Positions 12,056 through 24,200 of a stretch of 64,000 nucleotides of DNA are shown here, piece by piece (within the stretch, counting starts at the first letter, position 1; each line of letters opens with the position of its first letter). The notes beneath the pieces were generated by a model. The model had not been told where the DNA came from, made no database searches, and saw only the letters and a list, made by a program, of their open reading frames with translations. Both the position numbers and the translations under genes were made by a program. This DNA comes from Euprymna scolopes. Its lineage: Eukaryota. The DNA lies in the NCBI GenBank assembly GCA_053919585.1, contig CM132799.1; one strand, written 5' to 3'.

Positions 12056-12958
12056 CTATATAATAGATTCTATGAAATAAACAATCGACAATAATATATT
12101 TAACTATAAAATATGAAAGTGTGGGAAAAATTGCCCACTTTTTTAGTTGTTTTCTGTCAGTTCATAGATCCAAAGGGCGATAATTTTACTTTACCTGCTA
12201 AGTTGTACGTCTGTCATGCTTTACTTGGTCGACAAAGTCACAATAAATATGTATCAGTTATTAAACAGCAAACATAGGCAACAGTACTAAGTAAGATTAG
12301 TTTTATAAAACATAACTGGTAGACAGTCTATTATTATAGTGGACTGATATATATAGCAAATATATGGAAACTGCCATGAATAATTTTATTTAGAAGTCGA
12401 CGATATAATTAAATTGAAAAGTGTGGTCATACCTTCATATTCATATTAAATATGCATAAAATAATTTTTAGTAATAACATATAAATATAGTAATCAAAAT
12501 ATTATTTATTTAATGAAAACCATTGTTGAAATCGTTTGTTTATAAATACATAGCCGGGTCCTAAGGCAGAACCAAACTCTAAAGACTTAATGGGAAATTT
12601 AATGACTTTTATTAATTGAGTGTCTCAACGCTGTATTTCAATCTTGTTGATGCTAAAAGCAAGATATCACTAAGCCGGTTTTTAGTCAATTTTTTTCCAC
12701 AGTGTTCCTGCTATAAGAATTTTTTACAAGGCTAGATACCAAGTGTATATATGTAAGGTCTACATATTGACTCCCTTATTTTTTAACGTGTCGTTTATTT
12801 AATGTATGACGTATTCCAATATGTTATCCTCTGGCGGATAAATGTTTATCTTGTTTATATGTGTGTATAATTGGTATTTGTGTGTCGACATACTAAAAAG
12901 TTTATAGGCAGAAGGATGGATCAGCATCTTTTTACATCTGTGTTATAGACTGTTCAAC

Positions 12959-13235
12959 GTTGGTTGGTTGGTTGCTTTTGTTTTACGGCATATCAACCCT
13001 TTTCGGGTTATTTAATGCCGAATCCAGTTATTTTGAAGAACATTTTTTTAACAGAATATATTTTTTTCAAGTCGGTTTCTATTTAATCCATAGTCGGGAC
13101 CCTAACAGGTATTACCACTCTGGGTCAGAGTGGGCCTTGGAGCAATGACAATTAAAGGGTGGCTCCACACTCCCCAAAGACTCCTGGCTGGGGCCTCACC
13201 ATCGCATATAATTTAATATCATATCCAGGACACTC
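12959..13235. mobile_element. Probable non-coding interspersed repeat (SINE/MITE-like) fragment
   Basis: It starts with (GTTG)n and contains a GC-richer block (accactctgggtcagagtgggccttggagcaatg...ctccacactccccaaag...tcatatccaggacactc) with the hairpin ccactctg-ggt-cagagtgg. It ends shortly before a (TA)n tract. Only one copy is in the window, so repeat status is inferred. Confidence 0.35.
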
Positions 13236-13254
13236 AACCTTTGGTACCATAAAG

Positions 13255-13256
<2 letters not shown>

Positions 13257-13323
<67 letters not shown>
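13257..13323. repeat. (TA)n microsatellite
   Basis: Directly visible. Confidence 0.95.
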
Positions 13324-13324
<1 letters not shown>

Positions 13325-13626
13325 GACCAAACAGTTCATAAAACATGTTAAAACCCGTTGAAACGAGTTAAAAACATATTTAATCTGAAAAGGAAACACT
13401 AGATAATTGGATAGTCCTTAATCCGCGGAATTTCGAAGAAATACTTTCCTTCTCATCAGAGGGTAGGAATTAGAAAAATGTGGGATCGGATTTTGCATGC
13501 AAAAGTATTTGATGAAACAACAAGTAAGTCAAAGATCTTACTTGATAACAAAAAAGTGAAGCAGAGGGAATATAGGTAAGAAAAAGGTGATTACACGTTA
13601 ATGGATAGTCTGGTGGAAGATAATAT

Positions 13627-13839
13627 NNNNNNNNNNNNNNNNNNNNNNNNNNNNNNNNNNNNNNNNNNNNNNNNNNNNNNNNNNNNNNNNNNNNNNNNNN
13701 NNNNNNNNNNNNNNNNNNNNNNNNNNNNNNNNNNNNNNNNNNNNNNNNNNNNNNNNNNNNNNNNNNNNNNNNNNNNNNNNNNNNNNNNNNNNNNNNNNNN
13801 NNNNNNNNNNNNNNNNNNNNNNNNNNNNNNNNNNNNNNN
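13627..13839. other. Assembly gap or masked run (213 N)
   Basis: Run of n. Confidence 1.
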
Positions 13840-15860
13840 ATTAAAAATAGAAGAGACAGAAGGAGAGCTAAAAATATAAAGAGCATATAATTTATTTATT
13901 TATACACCCCCGTATATATGCATGCGTGTGATGTGCGTACATGACATATTAAGATGAAATTATTTACAATTATTCAAACAAAAGAAAAGTATCGTTATAT
14001 ATTTTTTTTAAATCGGCGTCGAATTGATATCGGAATAAGTTTTTTAGGAAATCTATAGAATATATTGGATTCTAGCAAAAAAAAAATAAAAAAATTGGCA
14101 AAAATATTTTTAGTTCACCCTGAGGATTTGACGAATCTGATGCTTTTGGTGCCTGCGAAGGAAAAGTTCTAATTTCATATGAATGGAAAAACTCATGAAA
14201 TCCGAGTGGATATAAAAGGGTACAGTTAAATCGTTTAATTCGCTCAATACGTTTTCCTCCTTTAAAATAAAGGCGACTAGATTCTTGCGTCTTCTATATA
14301 GATAGGTGTATAAAAGGTTATGGCAGAAAATCAGTCTCGATAACTAAATGTAACCAGTATATTTTTATGTGAAAGAGGCTGGTAAGTTATATGCATATGA
14401 AAGCAAACAAAATAATCGTTTCCATCAAGCTTTGAATCACGTGCATACTCCGGAGGTCTTAGCCACATGCTTAAGAATAATATTCCAACACGTTATCGCG
14501 GTGTTTAGTTATTACTTGAGTTGCCAGATCTATTTTTCTGATCAATAACATTCTACAGAAACTCGTAGCCTAACACGTTGTAGCAAACTACCTCGCAAAG
14601 GAGACTAAGACAAAGATTAACTCGACTCACTTTTTCACGTTGTAACAATGACATTTATTTTAGTGTACAACCGTGATCTTTCTCTCTAACCTCTGTTCAC
14701 TTTTCGAACACCATCGTCGGTCTGCGCACACGTTCTTTTTATAGTTCTTTTTTTCCCTTGCTATGACGTCACTTAGCACACAGCTCGGCATTTGCATACA
14801 GCCGTCATCCGCTCTGTGTTACAAATGTATTTAGAACGAGCTCGGTAAAAGTTAGGTTATTAAAGAAGATGGCTCGACAGACATTGTTAAACATGTGAGT
14901 ATAAAACATGCAGTAAGTGTCGATGGCGAAGGAGCTCCGCGGTATTGCGTTAAACACATAAGTAGTTGGCTAAAATTCCATGCTCATAGAAGTTCCGTTT
15001 AATTATAAACAGAGAAATAGAAGAAAAATAATGGCAGAGATTTTAGGAAAACTGGCTTAAGCTGTTAGTACTTTTCAGAGGGCAAATATAGATTAGAACT
15101 CACCCGAGACTCTTGTATTAAACTTACTGTATGCAAATATACTTTATGAAAGGAAAGAATAGATGCGCTTATATGTGAGAAAAGAGAAAGGATATTGTAA
15201 GTGAATGACCTCTCTATGTTTCGCAGTCTTTATTGTACTTTAAAGACAAGAAAATGGGCTCTAATCGCCATTACTTTAAACGCCGTTTTAATAATTGTTC
15301 GGCTATATCTGGTGGTAGTTCTATGTCTTTCCTTTATATAATCTTCCATACATAAGATTTTAATCTAATATTATCATAACTTATTTTCGTTTTTTTTTCT
15401 TTTTCAATAAATACTTGAAAAAATATGGAGTCTAAAAAAATTATGCGCTAAAATGTAGTTACCTTAGTTAAACATTATACTGCGGGACAACGGTAAACAT
15501 TTTTACATTGATACTAATAATAGAAATATAGATATTCGACATGCAAGTGTTTTTAATGTGTTTAGTAAATTTTCTAGTATGTTCGTTTTCGTATATAGAC
15601 ATGAAAAAAATAAATGAAAGTAAGCATTTAAATCACGTTTTAGAAAAAAGAATTGTTGTTCACAGGGAATAGTTCTAAGCAACTAATATAGTGAATTCTG
15701 TTTAAACACTTAATTCTTATATATGTTCATAGTTATTCGTAAATGGAAAGCAAAAATTAAAAAAAAAGATGAAGCGCTAAGAACCAATGTATTTTATGTT
15801 TCAAAAAAAAAAAAATTCTTTGCAAGCGTCAAAAATCTACTTAAAATATGTACAGCTGTG

Positions 15861-16085
15861 CAGTGTAAGCCGGATATGAGAGACTTCTTCTCCTGTTCCT
15901 ACAACTCTCTTATCTACGGGTTACACTTATATCAGAGGTTCTCATACCCGGTTTACATTATATCAGGGTTTTTTTTATATCCAGGATACACTGCACATAA
16001 ACACAGGCTCAAATTTGGGACCAAAGACGGGCTCTCTTATATTTGTTTAACTTATATTCGAATCTCTTATATCCGGGTAAGACTA
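15861..16085. mobile_element. Probable pogo/Tigger-like MITE (decayed)
   Basis: The left end cagtgtaagccggatatgagaga matches the reverse complement of tctcttatatccgggtaagacta (16062-16085) and also of ttttatatccaggatacactg (~15973-15993). There are about 8 internal copies of a cttatatccgg-like motif. The CAGT start and repeated subterminal motifs are typical of this class. Confidence 0.6.
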
Positions 16086-16895
16086 TTTCTTCATTGCAAC
16101 GCAACACAGTTACAGAACGCATACGCAGCAGAGATTTCGAATGGCAGAATAACATTTCGTTAATCAACGAAAAGATTGGATCGTTGTTTAAATTTATAAT
16201 CTATTGGATTTCTTATAAGAAGGACAAAATTAAATAATTTAATTTATTCAACAATTTTTTTCTTCTATTTAATAATGACTGTCTTTCTTGTATCTGTAAA
16301 TTTTTATTAATTGTAGAGTGTTCAAATTTTATTAAGGTCACACGGTTTTAATATGATGAATATATGCAGAAGGCGAAACGAATTTTAAACTCAGTAAGGG
16401 ATTATCCTACTTACATTAAGGGGCAGTATAGCATAGACTATTTTGATTCTCTTATTTCTAAATTCAGACGGAGAAAATCTATTCCAGTTTATTATATAGA
16501 TATTTAAGTATTATAAATCTCCGAAGTCAATTAAATTTTCATTGTAATTTTTGTATAATCTCAACAAAATAAACAATCCTGGGGGAATAAATAGTTAGGA
16601 AAATCTCATAGGAACATATTGCTAAGACTTCAAAAAAACGTCCTCCCCCCTTTTATACCTAAAATCACACAGAACTTTCCTGACAAAAGTTTTTGTTCTG
16701 AGAATGTCATACTTGTGTACGCATTTTATATACATGATAAAATTTTCATCAAATCGTGTTATACGAATTGTTTTAGAAATGGCCAATTAATATCAATCAA
16801 TTATATATATTTGGTAGCAATTAAAAAATCCGAACGAGTTGCATTGTCCCTCCCCATAAAAATATCATACCTAGTATTTAAATTGTATTAAAATA

Positions 16896-17315
16896 CTAGC
16901 ACGGGTGTCCGGCGTTTCCCAGATGTTTGGAGGTGTGTGTTGAGCAAAAAAAAAATATGTGGTAGTAGGAAGACAGGCTCGAACCTGTACCGTGAGGGAG
17001 GAAGACACGGGAAAAAAACATGTCGTCTTTGCTGTTACGACCATCGTCAAACTGCAAGTGTCGTTTTACATTACGGCTAGACAATCGAAAAAAGAGGATG
17101 ACCTTCGAAAATATCGGCGAAAAAAAAGCCACCCCTTCCTGTACCAAAAGTCCCCAGTTCAGAGTGAAGACATTAATGGTTTTAGCCAATTCTTCGGTAT
17201 TTATCGTCTGAAGGATCGAGCTTAAAAACGATACTAATTTTGTGAAAATCCGTTGCCTCTATCGAAAGTTTTAGGCTGACATGCAAACATACATACATAT
17301 ATACATTTACATATT
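16896..17315 (-). mobile_element. Probable non-autonomous Helitron-like element (Lep1/DINE-1-style architecture)
   Basis: The minus strand ends ...ctgggaaacgccggacacccgtgCTAG|T, i.e. a decayed GC hairpin ~10 nt before CTAG followed by host T. The opposite end has aaaatccgttg...aaagttttagg plus a short (ACAT)n microsatellite (~17286-17306). The 5' TC terminus was not identified. Confidence 0.55.
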
Positions 17316-17797
17316 GGTACCTCAAATTTTCGACCCAAGCTGATTACAAAGCTCGCCCAGTCTTTGAATACACTTTATGTAAAATTTCAAATGCTTAGAC
17401 TAGAAATTATCTGAGTAATTTGGTAGATACCGTGGAGGTCAATTTTTATTTTAAATTAACCCCTATTATGACCTTTTAAAGATTTATTGTTTTGGTTTCA
17501 AATCAAGTTATTAAGTAAAATGCATGTCCTAGGAACCTATATCAAAAATATCAAGTGTTTAGACCCAAAAATGGCGGAGGAGCTTGATAGAGTTTTCAAA
17601 GGTCAACTCCGTAACACTTTTATGATTAGCCTTTTTGGTTTAGATGAAAGGTGTGTTGTTAATAGATGCTGCTCTTAGCTTTTGAATCTTTTCTTGGCTT
17701 TTTTGGCAAAGATTTACTTTTTTAAATGTTTTAATTTTATATTGGAATTTTTTTTAATTGTAAGTTTTTCTTTAAACAAAATAAATTAAATATGAAT

Positions 17798-19201
17798 ATC
17801 AAAGTGTAGTATCTGTTCCGGCAGATACTGCAAGCAAAGACCTTATGTGGGGGCGACACCACAGATAAGACCTTGGTCAATGTAGGGGCAACTCTTCATA
17901 CCAATTGTCACTATCCAGCTCCCCTACTCCCCGGGGAGCTGGTCCCCATTTCCCCTTCACTCCTCACTTTAAAAATCGGCCTTGAGCCTAATTTGCTCAG
18001 TGGGGGAGCAAAGGAATACGCTATTCTTTGCTTATTGGCCAAGATCAAAGTGTTGTATCTGCTCCGGCAGATACTGGAAGAAAAGACAATGTGTGGGGCA
18101 ACCCCAAATATCATACCTTGATCAATGTAGGGGCAAGCCTTCATACCAATTGTAACTATCCAGCTCCCATTTCCCACCCGACGGGAGCTGGTCTCCTTTT
18201 CTCTCTCCACTCTCTCACATTACAAAACTGCCTTGTGCCTTATTTGCTCAGCGGGGAAGCAAATAAATACATACTCAAAGCAAAGACCATATGTGGGGGA
18301 AACCTCACATATAAGACCTTGGTCAATGTACGGGCAACCCTTCATACCAATTGTCACTAGCAACCTCCCTTACTCCCCGCGGAGCTGGCCCCCATTTCCC
18401 CTTCATTCCTCACATTAAAAATCGGCCTTGTGCATAATTTGCTCGGTGGGGGAGCAAATAAATACCAAACACATATAAGACCTTGGTCGATGTAGGGGCA
18501 TCCTTCACCTAATTGTCACTATCCAGCTCGCCTACTCCAACCCCACATATAAGAGCTTGGACAATGTAAGGGCAACCTTCCATACAAATTGCCACTATCG
18601 AGCTCCCCTACTCTCAGGGAAGTTGGTCGCCATTTCCCATTCACTCCTCACATTAAAAATCGGCCTTGTGTCTGATTTGCTCGGTGGGGGAGCAAATAAA
18701 TACTATTTTCTTGCCATTTTGGCCAAGATCAAAGTGTATTATCTGTTCCGGCAGATACTGCAAGTAACGACTATATATGGGGGAAACCACACATTTAAGA
18801 CCTTGGTCAATTAAGGGCCAACCCTTGATAGCAATTATCACTATCCAGCGCTCCCCTACTCCCTTGGGAGTTGGTCCCCATTTCCCCTTCACTCCTCACG
18901 TTAAAAATCGGCCTTGTGGTTTATTTTGTCGGAGAGCAAATAAATATCATTTTCTTTGCTTTTTGGCTAAGATTAAAGTGTAGTATCTGTTCCGGCAGAT
19001 ACTGCAAGCAAAGACCATATGTTGAGACAACCCCATACAAATTTTCACTATCCAAGTCCCCTACCCCCCAGGGAGTTGGTCTCCATTTCCCTTACACTCC
19101 TCTTATTTAAAATCGGCCTTGTGCCTAATTTGCTCCGCGGTGGGCAAATAAATACTCATTTCTTGGCCTTTTTGGCTAAGATCAAAGGGTAGTATCTGTT
19201 C
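17798..19201. repeat. ~246-bp degenerate tandem repeat (about 7 full or partial units), each unit with three stem-loops
   Basis: The unit start atcaaagtgtagtatctgttccggcagatactg recurs at 17798, 18044, 18728, ~18972 and 19181. The block cacatataagaccttggtcaatgtaggggcaac recurs at ~17862, ~18110, 18306, 18470, 18544 and 18790. Several units carry internal deletions. Confidence 0.92.
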
Positions 19202-19289
19202 TTACAACATGGTTTACTTATTGTGATATAAATTGGGTGATCACTTTTGTGTATTAATTTAATAGAAAAATGATCACCCACTTTAAAAC

Positions 19290-19500
19290 CAGTCAGTCTC
19301 AAAGCTATTCATGTCAGTATTCAGATCATTCAAGTTGTATTTGAAGGATTCCAGTTATTTTTAAGCATTCAAATCATTCTTAAGTTCATTCAATTAATCT
19401 TTACGGTCATTTAAGTCATTCTAAGTCAGTTACTTTTTATTATTTAAGTTATTTCAGCTAATTTTTCGGTCATATTAGTTTATCTTTAAGAATTTCATAT
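19290..19500. repeat. Degenerate ~9-10-bp low-complexity repeat (AGTCATTCA-like)
   Basis: Recurrent words tcattcaag, gcattcaaat, tcattcttaag, tcatttaag and tcattctaag. Confidence 0.5.
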
Positions 19501-20420
19501 CAATCCTACATTCACTTATTCATTCATTACACGAGATCACGGGACTAATGGCTATCGGCCTTGTTCTATCTGCACGGAATTATTTTTTCAAGCATAACAC
19601 GTATTGAGATTACCAAATTATTTTATTTAGTGTATAGTCTGTTTAAACAAACAAAGTAGGGACACATAACTCCTAAAAGTTTCTTTTTTAAGTCGATGTC
19701 GGAATAACAATTCCACATAAATTAAATTAAATATGTTATCAATATTATTATTGTTCAAATATTTATTAAATCACAATTTTACATTGAACACTTAAAACAA
19801 TTTTCTCGCAAGGACAATTAACTAAGATACAGCTACTTAATAAAATCAATTTTTCTGAATGTAATATGAAAATGAGATGGTCCCTTCATTGTATAGTTTG
19901 CAAGAATAATATTATATATAGACATAAATGAAAGATTAAAGTAAGGCAACTTTTGTATATATCAATCAAATTGTGAACAAACAAAAAACACACAGGAATA
20001 CTAATTTATATATATTTGACCAAATATGTAACAATGATTTAAAAAGTTAAAAATAAATTACTCGTGCGCTACGAACGAAAACCGAAAAAGAAAACGTTTA
20101 GTTTACGATTTAATTTTTCTCTTTGACGTTAATGCCTGAGTTATAAATACATATTTGCTGCAAGGCTAAAAATTACAACATTATCCAATAGTTATTACGC
20201 TACGCAAACATAGTGGTAATGCCGTCGTTCGATTTTCACCTAACAAATTATTTTCTTTTAAATTTTCACACTTGTGCACTGATTATCCTCGGCAAAAATA
20301 CATGTATAAAATTTCGCATGAATTCCAAATTCAATATATTAGGTTGCATGCGTATATACCAAACAGTTACAGAGGGGTTGAGTAGGCGAAATTTTTTGAA
20401 AAAATATATTTACGCATACA

Positions 20421-20423
<3 letters not shown>

Positions 20424-20487
<64 letters not shown>

Positions 20488-20748
20488 ATATTTATGTTTA
20501 CTATAAACTTTTTACGCAAATATTACGCAATTATGAATCATGTAGAATATTTGCAATCATATAATTACACGAAAGAGTTAACTAAAGATGATGATCTCAT
20601 AGAAAAACAGAAAATTTCATAGAATATTATTTAAAATGAACGTTTAAAATAATATGCATATTAGCTAGATAGTTTTGCAGATGAATGCAATTCCACAACC
20701 CATATATAACAACATTGTATTCTCTGTTTTAATAAATATAAAAAGGGG

Positions 20749-20815
<67 letters not shown>
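20424..20815. repeat. Two (TA)n microsatellites (20424-20484, 20754-20815)
   Basis: Directly visible. Confidence 0.95.
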
Positions 20816-20817
<2 letters not shown>

Positions 20818-21246
20818 TCTGTTTGAAGGCCCGTCAATGCAGAAATGATTCACTCGATGGGAATAAATAAATAATAATAAACTATTTAAAAAGTTCAATG
20901 ATTTTTAATTAGTATTTATTTACTTTGAATGTAGATGGTATACTCCCTTAAATATTTCTGGGGTATCCCCATTTGCAAAATTTTCTTTTTTGTGGTATTT
21001 CATTTGATTAAAATCGTCCGTAAAATTTTTGGGGTTACAAACGCATATTTAATGTTTCCAAATATTACGTTAATGTATGAAGCAATTCTGTTATACTGTT
21101 ATACTGTCCAAGGAAGAGAATAAATTTATTTGTTTCTGGATGTATAAGGAAACTGTTTGATATCTCTGCTCTATTGTTAATTTCTGGTTGAAATATTTCT
21201 ATCAGAAACTATTCCTTTATTTTAAGTTTTCTTTGGTCTCTCTCTC

Positions 21247-24200
21247 AAAGGCGAGGAATATAGTAGACAAAGGTAACAGGCAAGAAATATAGTAGACAAA
21301 GTTAAAAGATGAGAAATATAGTAGACAAAGTTAAAAGATGAGAAATATAGTAGGCAAAGTTAAAAGATGAGAAATATAGTAGACAAAGTTAAAAGATGAG
21401 AAATATAGTAGACAAAGTTAAAAGATGAGAAATATAGTAGACAAAGTTAAAAGATAGGAAATATAGTAGGCAAAGTTAAAAGATGAGAAATATAGAAGAC
21501 AAAGTTAAAAGATGAGAAATATAGTAGACAAAGTTAAAAGAGGAGAAATATAGTAGACAAAGTTAAAAGATGAGAAATATAGTAGACAAAGTTAAAAGAT
21601 GAGAAATATAGTAGGCAAAGTTAAAAGATGAGAAATATAGTAGACAAAGTTAAAAGATGAGAAATATAGTAGACAAAGTTAAAAGATGAGAAATATAGTA
21701 GACAAAGTTAAAAGATGAGAAATATAGTAGACAAAGTTAAAAGATGAGAAATATAGTAGGCAAAGTTAAAAGATGAGAAATATAGAAGACAAAGTTAAAA
21801 GATGAGAAATATAGTAGACAAAGTTAAAAGATGAGAAATATAGTAGACAAAGTTAAAAGATGAGAAAAATAGAAGACAAAGTTAAAAGATGAGAAATATA
21901 GTAGGCAAAGTTAAATGATGAGAAATATAGTAGGCAAAGTAAAAAGGCAAGAAATATAGTAGACAAAAATAAAAGGCAAGAAATATAGTAGACAAAAATA
22001 AAAGGCAAGAAATATAGTGGCCAAATGTAACAGGCAAGAAATATAGTAGACAAAATTAAAAGATGAGAAATATAGTAGACAAAGTTAAAAGATGAGAAAT
22101 ATAGTAGACAAAGTTAAAAGATGAGAAATATAGAAGACAAAGTTAAAAGATGAGAAATATAGTAGGCAAAGTTAAAAGATGAGAAATATAGTAGACAAAG
22201 TTAAAAGATGAGAAATATAGTAGACAAAGTTAAAAGATGAGAAATATAGTAGGCAAAGTTAAAAGATGAGAAATATAGTAGACAAAGTTAAAAGATGAGA
22301 AATATAGTAGACAAAGTTAAAAGATGAGAAATATAGAAGACAAAGTTAAAAGATGAGAAATATAGTAGACAAAGTTAAAAGATGAGAAATATAGAAGACA
22401 AAGTTAAAAGATGAGAAATATAGTAGACAAAGTTAAAAGATGAGAAATATAGTAGGCAAAGTTAAATGATGAGAAATATAGTAGACAAAGTTAAAAGATG
22501 AGAAATATAGTAGGCAAAGTAAAAAGGCAAGAAATATAGTAGACAAAAATAAAAGGCAAGACATATAGTAGACAAAAATAAAAGGCAAGAAATATAGTAG
22601 ACAAAGGTAACAGGCAAGAAATATAGTAGACAAAGTTAAAAGATGAGAAATATAGTAGACAAAGTTAAAAGATGAGAAATATAGTAGACAAAGTTAAAAG
22701 ATGAGAAATATAGTAGGCAAAGTTAAAAGATGAGAAATATAGTAGACAAAGTTAAAAGATGAGAAATATAGTAGACAAAGTTAAAAGATGAGAAATATAG
22801 TAGACAAAGTTAAAAGATGAGAAATATAGTAGACAAAGTTAAAAGATGAGAAATATAGAAGACAAAGTTAAAAGATGAGAAATATAGTAGGCAAAGTTAA
22901 AAGATGAAAAATATAGTAGACAAAGTTAAAAGATGAGAAATATAGTAGACAAAGTTAAAAGATGAGAAATATAGTAGGCAAAGTTAAAAGATGAGAAATA
23001 TAGTAGACAAAGTTAAAAGATGAGAAATATAGTAGGCAAAGTTAAAAGATGAGAAATATGGAAGACAAAGTTAAAAGATGAGAAATATAGTAGACAAAGT
23101 TAAAAGATGAGAAATATAGAAGACAAAGTTAAAAGATGAGAAATATAGTAGACAAAGTTAAAAGATGAGAAATATAGTAGACAAAGTTAAAAGATGAGAA
23201 ATATAGTAGACAAAGTTAAAAGATGAGAAATATAGTAGGCAAAGTTAAAAGATGAGAAATATAGTAGACAAAGTTAAAAGATGAGAAATATAGTAGACAA
23301 AGTTAAAAGATGAGAAATATAGAAGACAAAGTTAAAAGATGAGAAATATAGTAGACAAAGTTAAAAGATGAGAAATATAGTAGACAAAGTTAAAAGATGA
23401 GAAATATAGTAGACAAAGTTAAAAGATGAGAAATATAGAAGACAAAGTTAAAAGATGAGAAATATAGTAGACAAAGTTAAAAGATGAGAAATATAGTAGT
23501 CAAAGTTAAAAGATGAGAAATATAGTAGGCAAAGTTAAATGATGAGAAATATAGTAGACAAAGTTAAAAGATGAGAAATATAGTAGGCAAAGTAAAAAGG
23601 CAAGAAATATAGTAGACAAAAATAAAAGGCAAGAAATATAGTAGACAAAAATAAAAGGCAAGAAATATAGTAGACAAAGGTAACAGGCAAGAAATATAGT
23701 AGACAAAGTTAAAAGATGAGAAATATAGTAGACAAAGTTAAAAGATGAGAAATATAGTAGACAAAGTTAAAAGATGAGAAATATAGAAGACAAAGTTAAA
23801 AGATGAGAAATATAGTAGGCAAAGTTAAAAGATGAGAAATATAGTAGACAAAGTTAAAAGATGAGAAATATAGAAGACAAAGTTAAAAGATGAGAAATAT
23901 AGAAGACAAAGTTAAAAGATGAGAAATATAGTAGACAAAGTTAAAAGATGAGAAATATAGAAGACAAAGTTAAAAGATGAGAAATATAGTAGACAAAGTT
24001 AAAAGATGAGAAATATAGAAGACAAAGTTAAAAGATGAGAAATATAGTAGACAAAGTTAAAAGATGAGAAATATAGAAGAAAAATTAAAAGATCAGAAAT
24101 ATAGTAGACAAAGGTAAAAGATGAGAAATATAGTAGACAAAGTTAAAAGATGAGAAATATAGAAGACAAAGTTAAAAGATGAGAAATATAGAAGACAAAG

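Noticed and set aside
3291-20898. ORFs containing YIYIYI, ERERER, LLLLL or X runs, and other short ORFs in the flank
   Set aside because: They derive from (TA)n, (GA)n, (AAT)n tracts, N gaps, antisense frames of the LINE or the 246-bp repeat, and show no recognisable protein motifs.
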